Shown here: piece after piece, positions 20,485-31,136 of the stretch
How the letters are laid out: the number at the start of each line of letters is the position of its first letter
Position numbering within the stretch: the stretch's first letter is position 1
Sequence record: OZ035790.1
Length of the DNA stretch: 64,000 nt
DNA from: Felixounavirus LF110P4
Reading direction: 5' to 3' (one strand)
Program-made: the position numbers and the translations under genes
Notes under the pieces: generated by a model
Databases searched by the model: none
What the model was told of the DNA's origin: nothing
What the model saw: only the letters and a program-made list of their open reading frames with translations

Positions 20485-20730
20485 TTGAGAGAGAATAAAA
20501 TGTTTAACAAAAGTAAAGCTGTGAGTCATGTAGCAAAGGTTGACAGCAAGATTGAAGAACTTGAGCGCATTCTTGCAAATGCCAGAGAGTCAATAATTAA
20601 AGAAGTTGAAGCTGTTGAATCTCAAATGCAACACCTAATGCTTAAACGTCAAGAGTTACGTGAGCATCTGGAATATATTGAAACACGAGAGCTAAAGGTT
20701 AACAGATTTTTAAGGAGTCCAAATGTTTAA
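20485..20730 (+). CDS. hypothetical protein
   Basis: 81 aa coiled-coil ORF. Confidence 0.4.
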   Translation: MRENKMFNKSKAVSHVAKVDSKIEELERILANARESIIKEVEAVESQMQHLMLKRQELREHLEYIETRELKVNRFLRSPNV

Positions 20731-21478
20731 CTCAAGAGAAGCAGTAAAAAACTGGAATCTTCGTTGTGGAAACACTCAAAAGCAACCTTACAGTGATGAG
20801 TATTGGGAATCTTTAAAATCCCAGTCTCTGTGTATGCTTGAAGAAGCAAAAGAGCTTGTAAAAGCAATTGAAGAGAAAGACCCCATTGAGACACTGGATG
20901 CTCAGGCAGATTTGCAATATGTTCTTGATGGTCTGATTTATCTGTCACAACATGACCATAACGGTGCTATGAAAGCTGTTTGCCATAATAATGACCTGAA
21001 GTACACAGATGACTATGAAGAAGCTTTAAAGCGTCTTGTAGATGTTGAGAAGCGTACTGGTCAAGAGTGTATCATCAGAATGTCAGTGGTTGATGGTAAA
21101 GAGTGGTATGCGATTGTCCGTGCAGCCGATGGGAAGATTATGAAGCAATCAAACCTCCCTAAAGTGCAGCTTGGTGAATACATTGTAGAGCTTGAAAGCC
21201 AAGAACTTTTTGTGGTAGTATCTGAGACATGCGTTATCTGCAAAGGTATTGTAGGTAGCTTAAAGGATTTGGGTGTAGATGGTTTTGTAGAAGTTAATCC
21301 AATTACCTCTAAAGCAGATAAAGATTTCTGTAAAGAGAATGGACTATGGATTGCAGATATTGTCTACTATGATGGTGAGCAGTTCCATGTAACCTCATAC
21401 CCGAAACTGAATTATGATGCTAATAACCTGAAGTGCTGGTTAAAAGGGGTTGGTTATAATGGATTCACAGAACATTAA
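20723..21478 (+). CDS. hypothetical protein, possible MazG-like pyrophosphohydrolase domain
   Basis: EEAKELVKAIEE ... DAQADLQYVLDGL resembles the EExxE...D motif of all-alpha NTP pyrophosphatases; weak. Confidence 0.3.
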   Translation: MFNSREAVKNWNLRCGNTQKQPYSDEYWESLKSQSLCMLEEAKELVKAIEEKDPIETLDAQADLQYVLDGLIYLSQHDHNGAMKAVCHNNDLKYTDDYEEALKRLVDVEKRTGQECIIRMSVVDGKEWYAIVRAADGKIMKQSNLPKVQLGEYIVELESQELFVVVSETCVICKGIVGSLKDLGVDGFVEVNPITSKADKDFCKENGLWIADIVYYDGEQFHVTSYPKLNYDANNLKCWLKGVGYNGFTEH

Positions 21479-21782
21479 TAAAGAGGGTGTGGCTCAGAAG
21501 AGCCACTTCTCAAACTACAATATTTCTATGACGGTGTTTATGAATGACCCGTTACTAGAAAAATATGGTGAGACTCCAGATACACTTCTGGACAATGAAC
21601 AAGTTTTAAAAGCAGTCCTGTACAAATATGGGATTGATATTGAGAAAGAGTATTCTTTTGAAATCTGCCAACACAGGAATACTTTCGGTAAAGTTGTGAT
21701 GGCTCCGCTCTTTATGGGTGTAGAAAGGACTGACTATGGTTGGCTGTATCTGAAAAGAAACTTGGAGAAATACCGTGTTTAA
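21450..21782 (+). CDS. hypothetical protein
   Basis: 110 aa ORF. Confidence 0.35.
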   Translation: MVIMDSQNINKEGVAQKSHFSNYNISMTVFMNDPLLEKYGETPDTLLDNEQVLKAVLYKYGIDIEKEYSFEICQHRNTFGKVVMAPLFMGVERTDYGWLYLKRNLEKYRV

Positions 21783-22110
21783 AGCAAAAAAGCTATCTTA
21801 TGATGATATCATTTCTGGCGCTAAATTAGGTGTTGACAGTCTCGGACAAGACGTTAAACACGGAGACACAGTGATGTACTGTGATGACCGAAGAGGAAGA
21901 AGTGCAATCTTGTTTGGAAAAGTTGTATGTAAAATACGCGGTAATTATGTTGTTTCAGATATGGATGTCAACGTCGCACAAAAGCTCAAAACAATCATGG
22001 ATAGCAAGATTTCATCATGGCTCTTAAATTGTATGCACGCATCGTCAATCACAAAGGTAAGTGATAAGTTTTACGATATGTGGCAGAATGAGCAAATTTT
22101 CAAGATTTAA
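21775..22110 (+). CDS. hypothetical protein
   Basis: 111 aa ORF. Confidence 0.4.
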   Translation: MFKAKKLSYDDIISGAKLGVDSLGQDVKHGDTVMYCDDRRGRSAILFGKVVCKIRGNYVVSDMDVNVAQKLKTIMDSKISSWLLNCMHASSITKVSDKFYDMWQNEQIFKI

Positions 22111-22115
22111 ACTAG

Positions 22116-22139
22116 GGAGCCTCTTCGGAGGCTCTTTTC
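22116..22139 (+). terminator. rho-independent terminator
   Basis: GGAGCCTCttcgGAGGCTC hairpin followed by TTTT. Confidence 0.6.
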
Positions 22140-22156
22140 ATCTGTAGGATTTAAAA

Positions 22157-24391
22157 ATGATTAAGACAATTAAAAAATCAAACGGTACAGTAGTAAGCTT
22201 TGACCCAGAAAGACTGAATAAATGGGCATCATGGGCAGATAAGCGTGGAATTATCTGGTCAGAAGTCACTATGGAAGCTATGAAACGTGTCTATGAAGGT
22301 TGCACTACAAAAGAGATGCACCAAGCCATGATTGATGTTTGTGTTGATAAACAAACTCAAGAGTACTCAGATATGGCTGGACGGCTACTTCTAGGAATTA
22401 TCTACAAAGAAGCCTTTGGAGGCTTTACTAAGGTTCCTACGCTGGTTACCTTCGTTAAAAATATGGAGAGAGCAGGACTTTGGGAGAAGATGGACTATTC
22501 TCAGGAAGAGCTTGAATACCTGCAAGGGTACATTGTGCACTCAAAAGATATCTCTTATGGTTATGCAGTCCTGAAACAGTTCAGAGACAAGTATGGTATC
22601 CGTGATATTAAAACTGGAAGACTTTTTGAGTCACCACAATTTATGTTTATGGGTATGGCTATGAAAGCCTTTGAGAAGCAACCAAAGCACCGTAGACTGC
22701 AAGATGTTATCAAGCTGTACACTTACCTATCTGACCTGAAGATTAACGCTCCTACGCCCTATTTAAACGGTTTAAGAGCAACTAAATCGGGCTATGCGTC
22801 ATGCTGTTTGATTAAGGCAAATGACACTGCTGAATCACTTGGTATTGCTGCAAAGGTTGCTTATGATATGACTACAAAGCAAGCTGGTATCGGTATGCTG
22901 ATGGAGACTCGCACTATTGGTGATGGTATCCGTCAAAACACTATCGAACACATGGGTAAACTGCCTTATTACAAGCTTGTACGTTCATCTGTAGAGGCAA
23001 ACAAACAGAAGAGTCGTGGTGGTTCAGCTAATAACTTCTACACTGCTCTAGACCCGCAGATTGAAGATTTACTGCGTTTGAAGCACCCTACAACGGTTCC
23101 TTCTAAACGTATTAATGAGATGGACTACTCATTCGGCACAAACGATTATTTCTGGCAGTGTGTTCAGTATGATACAGATTGGTTGCTATTCTCTTACAAA
23201 GATGCACCAAAACTCTATGACATGTTCTACACAGCATCTGCTGATGAGTTTGCTATGGCAGTTGGTCACGCAGTACATTCAGGAGTTAAGCACAGACGAG
23301 TCAAGGCTCGTGAAATTGCTAAGCTGTTTATTCAACAGCGTTATGCTACAGGTCGTGTGTATCCATTCTTCACTAACAATGCAAACACACATACACCATT
23401 TAAAGAACCATTGAAGATGTCAAATCTTTGTATGGAAATTGTGTTGCCAGTGTATGGTTTTGAGAAAGAGACAGACCTTTACAGAGACGATGCTGTGAAA
23501 GAGGATGGTGAGGTGGCTCTTTGCTTCCTAGCTAGTTTGGTTGCAGGGAGAATTTCAGAAGATGAATACGCTGACGTTGCTTATTATGCTCTTGCAATGG
23601 TTGACTCCGTTATTGACCTTATGGATTATCCGTATCCGTCGATGTGTAACCATGTTCAGAAGCGTCGTTCTGTTGGGATTGGCCTTACAAATGTGGCTCA
23701 TTACCTTGCGAAGAACTACGTGAACTACTCTTCACGAGCAGGTAAAACGAAACTTCATGAACTTGCAGAGATGCACTCTTACTATCTGCATGAAGCCTCG
23801 CTGAGACTTGCTAAAGAGCGTGGCGTTCCAGAGTACATGAAGTTCACTAAGTATCCTGAAGGCTGGGTTCCTCCAAAGACAGCTAACAAGAAGATTGATG
23901 AGAAGCATGATGCAAAACTGAGATATGATTGGGATGACTTAGCACAACGTATCAAAGAAAACGGTGGCATCCGAAACTCTGTACTTGAGGCTTATATGCC
24001 TAATGAGAGTTCTTCACTGGCAACTAATACGACAAATGGCTTGTACCCAATTCGTGACTTTATTTTAACTAAAAAGTCTGCAACTGGTAACGTGCTGTTT
24101 ATTGTTCCAGATTATGAAGAGTTGAAGTATGTATATGAAATTGCTTGGGGTATTGACACCTTTGACCTGATTGATTGTTATGCAATTGTTCAAAAGTTCA
24201 CTGGTCAAGCTATCTCTTCAGATTTCTATGTTGACTACGCAAAAGCTAAGAAGGTATCATTGGCTCAAGCTTTGAAGTACATGATTTATGCCAACTCGGT
24301 AGGTATGAAAACCATGTACTACCTTAACAGTCGCATTGGTGTAGGTAAATCTGCACTGCAAGATGCTTATTGCGAGGGCTGTGGTGTTTAG
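22157..24391 (+). CDS. nrdA: ribonucleotide reductase class Ia large subunit
   Basis: 744 aa; N-terminal ATP-cone, active-site NLCMEI motif. Confidence 0.9.
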   Translation: MIKTIKKSNGTVVSFDPERLNKWASWADKRGIIWSEVTMEAMKRVYEGCTTKEMHQAMIDVCVDKQTQEYSDMAGRLLLGIIYKEAFGGFTKVPTLVTFVKNMERAGLWEKMDYSQEELEYLQGYIVHSKDISYGYAVLKQFRDKYGIRDIKTGRLFESPQFMFMGMAMKAFEKQPKHRRLQDVIKLYTYLSDLKINAPTPYLNGLRATKSGYASCCLIKANDTAESLGIAAKVAYDMTTKQAGIGMLMETRTIGDGIRQNTIEHMGKLPYYKLVRSSVEANKQKSRGGSANNFYTALDPQIEDLLRLKHPTTVPSKRINEMDYSFGTNDYFWQCVQYDTDWLLFSYKDAPKLYDMFYTASADEFAMAVGHAVHSGVKHRRVKAREIAKLFIQQRYATGRVYPFFTNNANTHTPFKEPLKMSNLCMEIVLPVYGFEKETDLYRDDAVKEDGEVALCFLASLVAGRISEDEYADVAYYALAMVDSVIDLMDYPYPSMCNHVQKRRSVGIGLTNVAHYLAKNYVNYSSRAGKTKLHELAEMHSYYLHEASLRLAKERGVPEYMKFTKYPEGWVPPKTANKKIDEKHDAKLRYDWDDLAQRIKENGGIRNSVLEAYMPNESSSLATNTTNGLYPIRDFILTKKSATGNVLFIVPDYEELKYVYEIAWGIDTFDLIDCYAIVQKFTGQAISSDFYVDYAKAKKVSLAQALKYMIYANSVGMKTMYYLNSRIGVGKSALQDAYCEGCGV

Positions 24392-24446
24392 TTTTAACAA
24401 CTATGAGGGTCGTAAAAGACCCTCTAAAAATAACTTTGGAGAGACC

Positions 24447-24704
24447 ATGAAAGATTTAATAGAAAAACATGAGCGACCAATATACTTGCTCTACAAACCC
24501 CGCAAAACATTGTACTATGTGAGCAGCACAGGTATCATGATAAAGCAGAATGATGACTTATGGGTCACTGGAGCCTCTTACATCTCTACAGCAGATGGTA
24601 AAATCTACGCAAGACCTTATGAGATGTTTAACAAAGAGAATTGGGAAGTTTTAGACAGAAAACAAGCCTTAGAAATGATAAAGAAAGGAGAAATCACGCT
24701 ATGA
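24447..24704 (+). CDS. hypothetical protein
   Basis: Internal ATG with GGAGAG RBS; ATGA overlap with nrdB start. Confidence 0.4.
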   Translation: MKDLIEKHERPIYLLYKPRKTLYYVSSTGIMIKQNDDLWVTGASYISTADGKIYARPYEMFNKENWEVLDRKQALEMIKKGEITL

Positions 24705-25774
24705 TTAACCAGCACCCAATCTTTTTAGGTGGTGAGAGAAAAACTTTTGACTCACTCAATAAGCACTACCCAAAAATCTTTGAACTTTATAAACAACAAA
24801 AAGCACAAGACTGGTCAGAAGATGAGTTCCCTTTTGAACAATCACGTCTTGATTTTGAGAGTGTCCCAGCATCAATGTCAGGTGTAATGCTTGAGATTCT
24901 TAAGTGGCAATGGGAAGCAGACACTCAAGTTGCTAAGAGCTTGGCATTTGCCTTTGCACCTTTTATCTCTGATGACATTTATGCAACTGCAATTATGAAG
25001 CAGTCTGAGATTGAAAACCTACATGCTCTTACTTACTCAGAGATTGTAAGACAATGTATTAAAAACCCTGAAACAATCTTAGATGAGATTAACCAGAATG
25101 TTGCTGTGCAAGACCGATTAAAAACTGTGAATCGTGTTCTTGAAGAATTACTGGATGAAGGTATAAACTATCGTCTGAGTTATGTGCGTGACTCACTTCT
25201 GGACAAAGACCCTTTACACTTCCATAAAGTGATTCTGAAAGGTCTATTTGCAGTGACTGCACTGGAAGGAATATCTTTTATGGCATCCTTTGCATGTACT
25301 TTTGCACTTGATGCTCAAGATAAATTTCAAGGTATTGCTCAAGCTGTCCAGAAAATTATGCTTGACGAAATCCTTCACACTAAAATTGATATTGAAGTTT
25401 TAAAAGAAACTTTAAGAGATGATGAGTGGCAAAAAGCTTTCCAACAAATTCTTCCAGAGATTAAAGTAATCTTAGATGAAGTAGTTGAAAGTGAAGAGAA
25501 ATGGTCGTATTATATCTTCTCCGAAGGACGTGCTGTAGTTGGGTTAAATACAAAGCTTCTTCATGAGTGGGTTTACTATAATGCTGCCCCACTGTATGAT
25601 ATGTTTGGCATTCCCAGAGATTTTGTAGCTCCTAAAGAACCACCTTTGAAGTATATGATTAAGAAGATGGAAATTGATAAAGAGCAGAATGCTAATCAGG
25701 AGCAACAGAACGGTGCGTATTTATTGAATACTGTTGTAGATGATTTGAATAGTGGATTTTTAGAGGTTCCTTAA
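24701..25774 (+). CDS. nrdB: ribonucleotide reductase class Ia small subunit
   Basis: Ferritin-like di-iron protein; start chosen at ATG 24701 with AAAGGAG RBS. Confidence 0.85.
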   Translation: MINQHPIFLGGERKTFDSLNKHYPKIFELYKQQKAQDWSEDEFPFEQSRLDFESVPASMSGVMLEILKWQWEADTQVAKSLAFAFAPFISDDIYATAIMKQSEIENLHALTYSEIVRQCIKNPETILDEINQNVAVQDRLKTVNRVLEELLDEGINYRLSYVRDSLLDKDPLHFHKVILKGLFAVTALEGISFMASFACTFALDAQDKFQGIAQAVQKIMLDEILHTKIDIEVLKETLRDDEWQKAFQQILPEIKVILDEVVESEEKWSYYIFSEGRAVVGLNTKLLHEWVYYNAAPLYDMFGIPRDFVAPKEPPLKYMIKKMEIDKEQNANQEQQNGAYLLNTVVDDLNSGFLEVP

Positions 25775-26016
25775 TGACTTATGTAATTTACTCCAAAACT
25801 GGATGCCCTCAGTGTGAGACTGCAAAGAATTTTGCGAAAGCTCGTGGTATTGACCATGTTGTGAGAATGTTAGGGCAGGATTATGAACTGCCAGACCTGA
25901 TGGATATTGCACAGATGCCAGTTCGTCAGATGCCATTCATCATGAAAACTGACGGTCAAAACCTAAAACCTGTTGGGACGCTACAGAATTTTATGGCAGA
26001 GGTGAATAATGCTTAA
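25774..26016 (+). CDS. glutaredoxin-like protein (NrdH/Grx type)
   Basis: 80 aa with CPQC redox motif, immediately after nrdB. Confidence 0.6.
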   Translation: MTYVIYSKTGCPQCETAKNFAKARGIDHVVRMLGQDYELPDLMDIAQMPVRQMPFIMKTDGQNLKPVGTLQNFMAEVNNA

Positions 26017-26215
26017 ACGCATTTGGGAAGGTTTGGTTGTTGATGCACCAGCTATTGTGATTGGTATGCTGATTGTTAACCTATTTACTGACTTTGAACA
26101 AGGTTCATTGTTTGGAGCCATGTTACTATGGGTTATCTTCGAAATATTAGAGATACAGCTAGGCATCACTGAAAAACTAAGAAAACTCGTTTCAAAGTTT
26201 TCTAAAAAGATTTAA
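26009..26215 (+). CDS. small membrane protein
   Basis: 68 aa, hydrophobic core. Confidence 0.35.
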   Translation: MLKRIWEGLVVDAPAIVIGMLIVNLFTDFEQGSLFGAMLLWVIFEILEIQLGITEKLRKLVSKFSKKI

Positions 26216-26222
26216 AATGAAA

Positions 26223-26245
26223 GGGTCTCTTCGGAGACCTTTTTA
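26223..26245 (+). terminator. rho-independent terminator
   Basis: GGTCTCttcgGAGACC hairpin followed by TTTTT. Confidence 0.6.
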
Positions 26246-26263
26246 GCATGTAAAGGGGCAATA

Positions 26264-28408
26264 ATGAACAAAGTACAGATTATTAAAAAGAATGGCTCAC
26301 TTGAAGAACCTGATATCAAAAAAGTTTTAGCAGCAGTAACTAAGTCAGCTAACAGGGTTGGATATAAAGAACTCCCACCAGATGTTACCCAAGCTCTTGA
26401 GTCAGCATTTATGAGGATTCTGGTAAAGTCCACTAAACAGAATAATTTGCTAATTTCGGTAAATGATATTCACAGTATTGTTGAGGGTGCTTTGGCAGAA
26501 GTCAATCACGAAATCTATGAGTCTTACTCAACATATAGAAATTACCGTAAAGAAGTTGCTCAAAATTGGGATGAACTCTACCAGAAGACCAGAGATACAC
26601 TCTTCTTAGGTGACAGAGAGAATGCTAACTTTGACAGCAGTTTAATTTCTACAAAAGGTTCAATTATTCGTGGTTACCTGACTAAAGAAATCTTTAAGCA
26701 GTACCATTTAACACCAGAGGAACTTGAAGCCATTGAAAAAGGGTTTATCTATATCCACGATTTAAGAGACCTGATTTTTGGCGGCATTAACTGTTGCTTG
26801 TTTGACATTGGTAAAGTACTGAAAGGTGGCTTTGAGATGTCTGGCATCGAATACTGTGAACCGAAGTCTGTGCTGTCAGCCTTACAGGTTATTGGTGATG
26901 TAGTTCTTTCAGCAACTGCACAGCAATTTGGTGGATTTACTTTAGCAGAGATTGATAAGGTGCTTGTACCGTATGCTAAAAAGTCTCTACGCTACCATGC
27001 TGAGAAAGCAGCATCTTACGGTATTCCTAAAGAACATTACCACAATTATGTCATGGAGCAGCTACAGCTTGAATTAACTCAGGGTTTCCAGTCACTCGAA
27101 ATGAAACTAAATACTGTACCTTGTAGCCGTGGTGATTTTGCATTTACAACTTTGACATTTGGATTACTTGACTCAGATATGTCTAATGAAGACAACCGAC
27201 TGCAATACATGATTGCAAACACCATTCTTGATGTTCGCATGAATGGACAAGGTAAGAGTAAGAAGCCTGTTGTATTCCCTAAACTGGTTTATATTCATGA
27301 CCAGAAGAGACACGATGAGAATATCTGTCAAGGCCAACTGTACAGTAAAGCTATAGAGTGTTGCTCTAAAGCGATGTATCCAGATTTCTTAAGTGTATCT
27401 GGTCATGGTGCTGTAGCAGAAGCTTTTGAGCGTTCTGGCAAGGTAATCTCGCCGATGGGTTGTAGAGCCTTCTTATCTCCATATCTTAACGAGGATGGGG
27501 AAGAGTTCTACGTTGGTCGTGCTAACATTGGTGCTGTATCTTTGAACTTACCAATGATTTACCAGTATTCTAAAGAGAATGGTTTAGATTTCTGGAAAGA
27601 GCTTGATAAGTACCTAGAGATGATTCGCAACTTCCACAAGAAACGCTACGAAATGATTGCTAATATGCCAGCAAGTTCTAACCCTCTTGCGTTCACACAA
27701 GGTGGTCTGTACAAAGGAACTAAGAAACCTACTGACAAGGTTGGTTGGGATATTGTGAAGTCCTTCACAGCTTCTTTTGGTGTTACTGCGCTTGATGAGT
27801 TGTCTGTTCTTGCTGAAGGTAAACGACTTCATGAAGTTGGAAGCTATAGTTTTGCATATGATGTTCTGGCATACATTAACATGAAAACCGAAGAGTTTAA
27901 AAATGAAGATGGCTTCTTATATGCCGTCTATGGTACTCCAGCAGAATCACTATGTGGGACTCAGCTAAAACAGTTCAGAGATATGTTTGGGGTTATCAAA
28001 GGTGTTTCCGATAAGGAATACTTTACAAACAGTTTCCATATGAATGTTGTAGCAGACATCTCACCATTTGAGAAGCAGGACTTAGAAGAGCCATTCTTCC
28101 ATATCTGTAGAGGCGGTAGAATCCAGTATGTAAGAGTAGCTAACCCAGAAAACTTATCAGCACTTAAGAGCTGTATTACAAGAGGAATGTTGAAAGGTTT
28201 CTATCAGGGACTTAACTTTGACTTAGCAATCTGTGAACATTGTGGTAACAGGCCAAAGGCTGATGTTGAAGAATGTGAAGTTTGTCACTCACATGATATC
28301 TCTGTGATTAACAGGGTGTGCGGGTACTTGTCATTCACAAAAATTAAAGGTCAGTCTCGAATGAATGACGCTAAGATGGCAGAAATTAAGGATAGGGTTT
28401 CTATGTAG
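26264..28408 (+). CDS. nrdD: anaerobic ribonucleotide reductase (class III)
   Basis: 714 aa; N-terminal ATP-cone, C-terminal zinc ribbon and glycyl-radical motif RVCGYLS. Confidence 0.85.
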   Translation: MNKVQIIKKNGSLEEPDIKKVLAAVTKSANRVGYKELPPDVTQALESAFMRILVKSTKQNNLLISVNDIHSIVEGALAEVNHEIYESYSTYRNYRKEVAQNWDELYQKTRDTLFLGDRENANFDSSLISTKGSIIRGYLTKEIFKQYHLTPEELEAIEKGFIYIHDLRDLIFGGINCCLFDIGKVLKGGFEMSGIEYCEPKSVLSALQVIGDVVLSATAQQFGGFTLAEIDKVLVPYAKKSLRYHAEKAASYGIPKEHYHNYVMEQLQLELTQGFQSLEMKLNTVPCSRGDFAFTTLTFGLLDSDMSNEDNRLQYMIANTILDVRMNGQGKSKKPVVFPKLVYIHDQKRHDENICQGQLYSKAIECCSKAMYPDFLSVSGHGAVAEAFERSGKVISPMGCRAFLSPYLNEDGEEFYVGRANIGAVSLNLPMIYQYSKENGLDFWKELDKYLEMIRNFHKKRYEMIANMPASSNPLAFTQGGLYKGTKKPTDKVGWDIVKSFTASFGVTALDELSVLAEGKRLHEVGSYSFAYDVLAYINMKTEEFKNEDGFLYAVYGTPAESLCGTQLKQFRDMFGVIKGVSDKEYFTNSFHMNVVADISPFEKQDLEEPFFHICRGGRIQYVRVANPENLSALKSCITRGMLKGFYQGLNFDLAICEHCGNRPKADVEECEVCHSHDISVINRVCGYLSFTKIKGQSRMNDAKMAEIKDRVSM

Positions 28409-28415
28409 AATACAA

Positions 28416-28994
28416 ATGAATTACGAACTAATATATAATGCAATTATTAAAAAGGCACATTCTGAAAGGGGTGTGCCTCTCACATACTACAAATGTCAAG
28501 GTAAGGGTTATGAAAGACACCATATCATACCAGTATGTCTAGGTGGCGATAAAATTAGTGGAGATAACATTGCTTTACTTACACCTAGAGAGCATTATAT
28601 AGCTCATAAATTACTGGTTAAGATGTATCCAAACAATCATAAGTTATGGTTTGCATGGAGCAGGTTAGCTCATGATGGCCTAGATAGGAAAATATCATCC
28701 AGAGACTATGAAAAGGTAAGGGCTTTAAACTCGAAAGCTCTATCGATTGTGAATAAAGGTAGGGTTTTCACTGAAGAGCATCGAAGACGATTAGGAGAAG
28801 CTCAAATAGGTAATACAAAGTCAAAAGGTTGTAAAAGGTCTATGGAAACAAGGAAGAAGATGTCAGAAGCCGGAAAAAAGCCAAAGAAAAAGAAAACTTG
28901 CCCGCATTGTGGCATGACTGGTGGTGCTGGTAACATGACTCGATATCATTTTGACAATTGTAAGAAAAAAAAAATAACCTTATGTAAAACTTGA
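28416..28994 (+). CDS. HNH homing endonuclease
   Basis: HHIIPVCLGGDKISGDNIALLTPREH HNH core, basic repeat segments and C-terminal CPHCG zinc motif; inserted between nrdD and nrdG. Confidence 0.65.
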   Translation: MNYELIYNAIIKKAHSERGVPLTYYKCQGKGYERHHIIPVCLGGDKISGDNIALLTPREHYIAHKLLVKMYPNNHKLWFAWSRLAHDGLDRKISSRDYEKVRALNSKALSIVNKGRVFTEEHRRRLGEAQIGNTKSKGCKRSMETRKKMSEAGKKPKKKKTCPHCGMTGGAGNMTRYHFDNCKKKKITLCKT

Positions 28995-28998
28995 CAAG

Positions 28999-29385
28999 GT
29001 GGTGTGGGTCTTGATAGGCTTACATCACCTTTTTATTTGGAGTTACATTATGGACTTGTGGCTTTATGTAGCAGTTTGTGGGATTGTATGTCTGATAATC
29101 TTATTTATTCTTGGAATAATGCGATTTAGAGACATCATACAGTCAGATTTTTTGCCTGAGTTTGCCATGATGGTTGGAGTTATTGCACTTTGTGTCTTGG
29201 CGGTGTTCTATTCATACAAAACTGTGATATGGATGAAGTCAAACAATTGTGTAAAAACTCATCAACATCGTGAGGTTACTTATTTTGTGAGTGTACTTAG
29301 TGGGAACACCACTGTACTTGTCCCACAAACTTCTGTAGAGTATCTTTACACATGTGATAATGGTAAAACTATATGGTGGAATTAA
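28999..29385 (+). CDS. membrane protein
   Basis: Predicted transmembrane helices. Confidence 0.4.
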   Translation: MVWVLIGLHHLFIWSYIMDLWLYVAVCGIVCLIILFILGIMRFRDIIQSDFLPEFAMMVGVIALCVLAVFYSYKTVIWMKSNNCVKTHQHREVTYFVSVLSGNTTVLVPQTSVEYLYTCDNGKTIWWN

Positions 29386-29588
29386 CAATGGCAACACTCT
29401 TAAAGGTATTGACACCCACACTACACATAGTAATCTTCTTCTTTGGGGTTAGTGTTATGGTATGGGGTTTTTCAGACCCACAATGGAGTTTCTCATATCA
29501 TGGTCAGATGGATTTATGGTCATGCTTCAAACCATTTTTAGGGTTAGTCATAGCATTCAGTGCATTACCAACTAAGGTGAAATTATGA
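29373..29588 (+). CDS. small membrane protein
   Basis: 71 aa hydrophobic ORF. Confidence 0.35.
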   Translation: MVELTMATLLKVLTPTLHIVIFFFGVSVMVWGFSDPQWSFSYHGQMDLWSCFKPFLGLVIAFSALPTKVKL

Positions 29589-29980
29589 TTAAGTTGAGCC
29601 AAAAACAGTTAGAGTGGATTAAAGATTATGCCTCAGAGTGTGGCTCTTGTGAAAAGAATCACGTAAGATACTCAACATTCCACACGGTCTTCACATTGTA
29701 TATCGGCGACAATGTTCTAAGTGATTCTGTAGAAGATGGTGTAGCATTGCCTAATGAATTGCTTGACAAATTAGCTGTAGTCACTGGAACTTGGTCTGAA
29801 GAAGATGGTCACGAACTATCTGATGATGTTGTCTTCTACAGTCTTGAAAACATCATGAATCCAGAGTACATTATGCTAATGACTTGCGCACAAGATTGTG
29901 TACCATTACAAAACTTCATTAAAGAGCACTGTGAAGAATTTATTACTAAACAGGTTCCTTGTCAGGTGGTGTTTGAATGA
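29585..29980 (+). CDS. hypothetical protein
   Basis: 131 aa ORF. Confidence 0.4.
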   Translation: MIKLSQKQLEWIKDYASECGSCEKNHVRYSTFHTVFTLYIGDNVLSDSVEDGVALPNELLDKLAVVTGTWSEEDGHELSDDVVFYSLENIMNPEYIMLMTCAQDCVPLQNFIKEHCEEFITKQVPCQVVFE

Positions 29981-30276
29981 GTAAAACAATTCGAAGAAAA
30001 GGTTTAAAGAACGTTCATGGACTCTATGAGTGGAGAAATGAGGTACGTAACAGAGAAAATGCTTCAGATGTCTACTTCCATTCTGATATGATGTCCAGAA
30101 AAGGTGGCTCTTACGACTTCACAAGCCAGCCTTGTAGAGAGATTAAGAAGGCCACTAAACGTCTTACAAGAACACAAATAAGGCAGCTTTCTAAGACATC
30201 CTTCTTAGATGAAGATTTTGATATTGATAGCAAGTCTCCAAAGAAATCCGCTAAGAACACTTATATGTATTGGTGA
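29977..30276 (+). CDS. hypothetical protein
   Basis: 99 aa basic ORF. Confidence 0.4.
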   Translation: MSKTIRRKGLKNVHGLYEWRNEVRNRENASDVYFHSDMMSRKGGSYDFTSQPCREIKKATKRLTRTQIRQLSKTSFLDEDFDIDSKSPKKSAKNTYMYW

Positions 30277-30285
30277 GGTAACTAG

Positions 30286-30771
30286 ATGAATTACATGGAG
30301 ATTCGACCATTTGACACAGCTAATGGTGAAGGGGTTCGTGTAAGCCTCTTCGTAGCTGGTTGTAAGCATCACTGTGAAGGTTGCTTTAATAAGGAATCTT
30401 GGAAGTTTAATGCTGGTAAAGAGTTCACTTATGCAAACCTTTATGGCATCATTAAGTTAATGGATGATAATGCCATCAGTGGGCTGTCAATACTTGGTGG
30501 AGAACCTCTGGATGATAGAAACATTCAAGAGGTTACCAACATATGCAAACGTATTAAAACCGTTTACCCAGAAAAATCTATCTGGCTCTGGACAGGTTTT
30601 CAGTTACATGAAAAAATTCACCTTGATGTGATGAAATATGTTGACGTGGTGATTGATGGTAAGTATGATTCATCTAAACCAACAGTTAAACCGTATCGTG
30701 GTTCAGATAACCAAAACCTCTGGAGAAAAGAGTACGGATGGCAAGGTGATTGTCAGTGGAGAGCAGAGTGA
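30286..30771 (+). CDS. nrdG: anaerobic ribonucleotide reductase activating protein (radical SAM)
   Basis: CKHHCEGC radical-SAM cysteine motif near N-terminus, size about 160 aa. Confidence 0.8.
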   Translation: MNYMEIRPFDTANGEGVRVSLFVAGCKHHCEGCFNKESWKFNAGKEFTYANLYGIIKLMDDNAISGLSILGGEPLDDRNIQEVTNICKRIKTVYPEKSIWLWTGFQLHEKIHLDVMKYVDVVIDGKYDSSKPTVKPYRGSDNQNLWRKEYGWQGDCQWRAE

Positions 30772-30867
30772 TTATTCTGGCAAATGGACTAAGGTATAAC
30801 TCCAATTGGTATCACTGAAGAAGAACTTCATAAGTTCTGTATTAAACTTTAATGAGAGAGACTAAAA

Positions 30868-31134
30868 ATGGGAATTTTAGGTAATATGAAAGCTGGATTC
30901 TTAAAGGCACTGGAAAAAGCAGCAGCAATTGTTTCTATGACTGGAAAGCAGGTCGGTGTAGATGCTTCAGCGGTTGCACAGGTTCTTGCAAGCCAAATTG
31001 AACAGCAGCCTTACATCTACGTAGGACGTGGTAAAGGTGGTAAGAAACAAGCCCACCGCCAATCTGGTGCAGCAGCTATTAAACGAGCAGCTAAGAAAGC
31101 TCGTAACCGTAAACGTAACAAGAAGGTTAAATAA
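30868..31134 (+). CDS. hypothetical protein
   Basis: 88 aa with Lys/Arg-rich C-terminus. Confidence 0.4.
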   Translation: MGILGNMKAGFLKALEKAAAIVSMTGKQVGVDASAVAQVLASQIEQQPYIYVGRGKGGKKQAHRQSGAAAIKRAAKKARNRKRNKKVK

Positions 31135-31136
31135 CC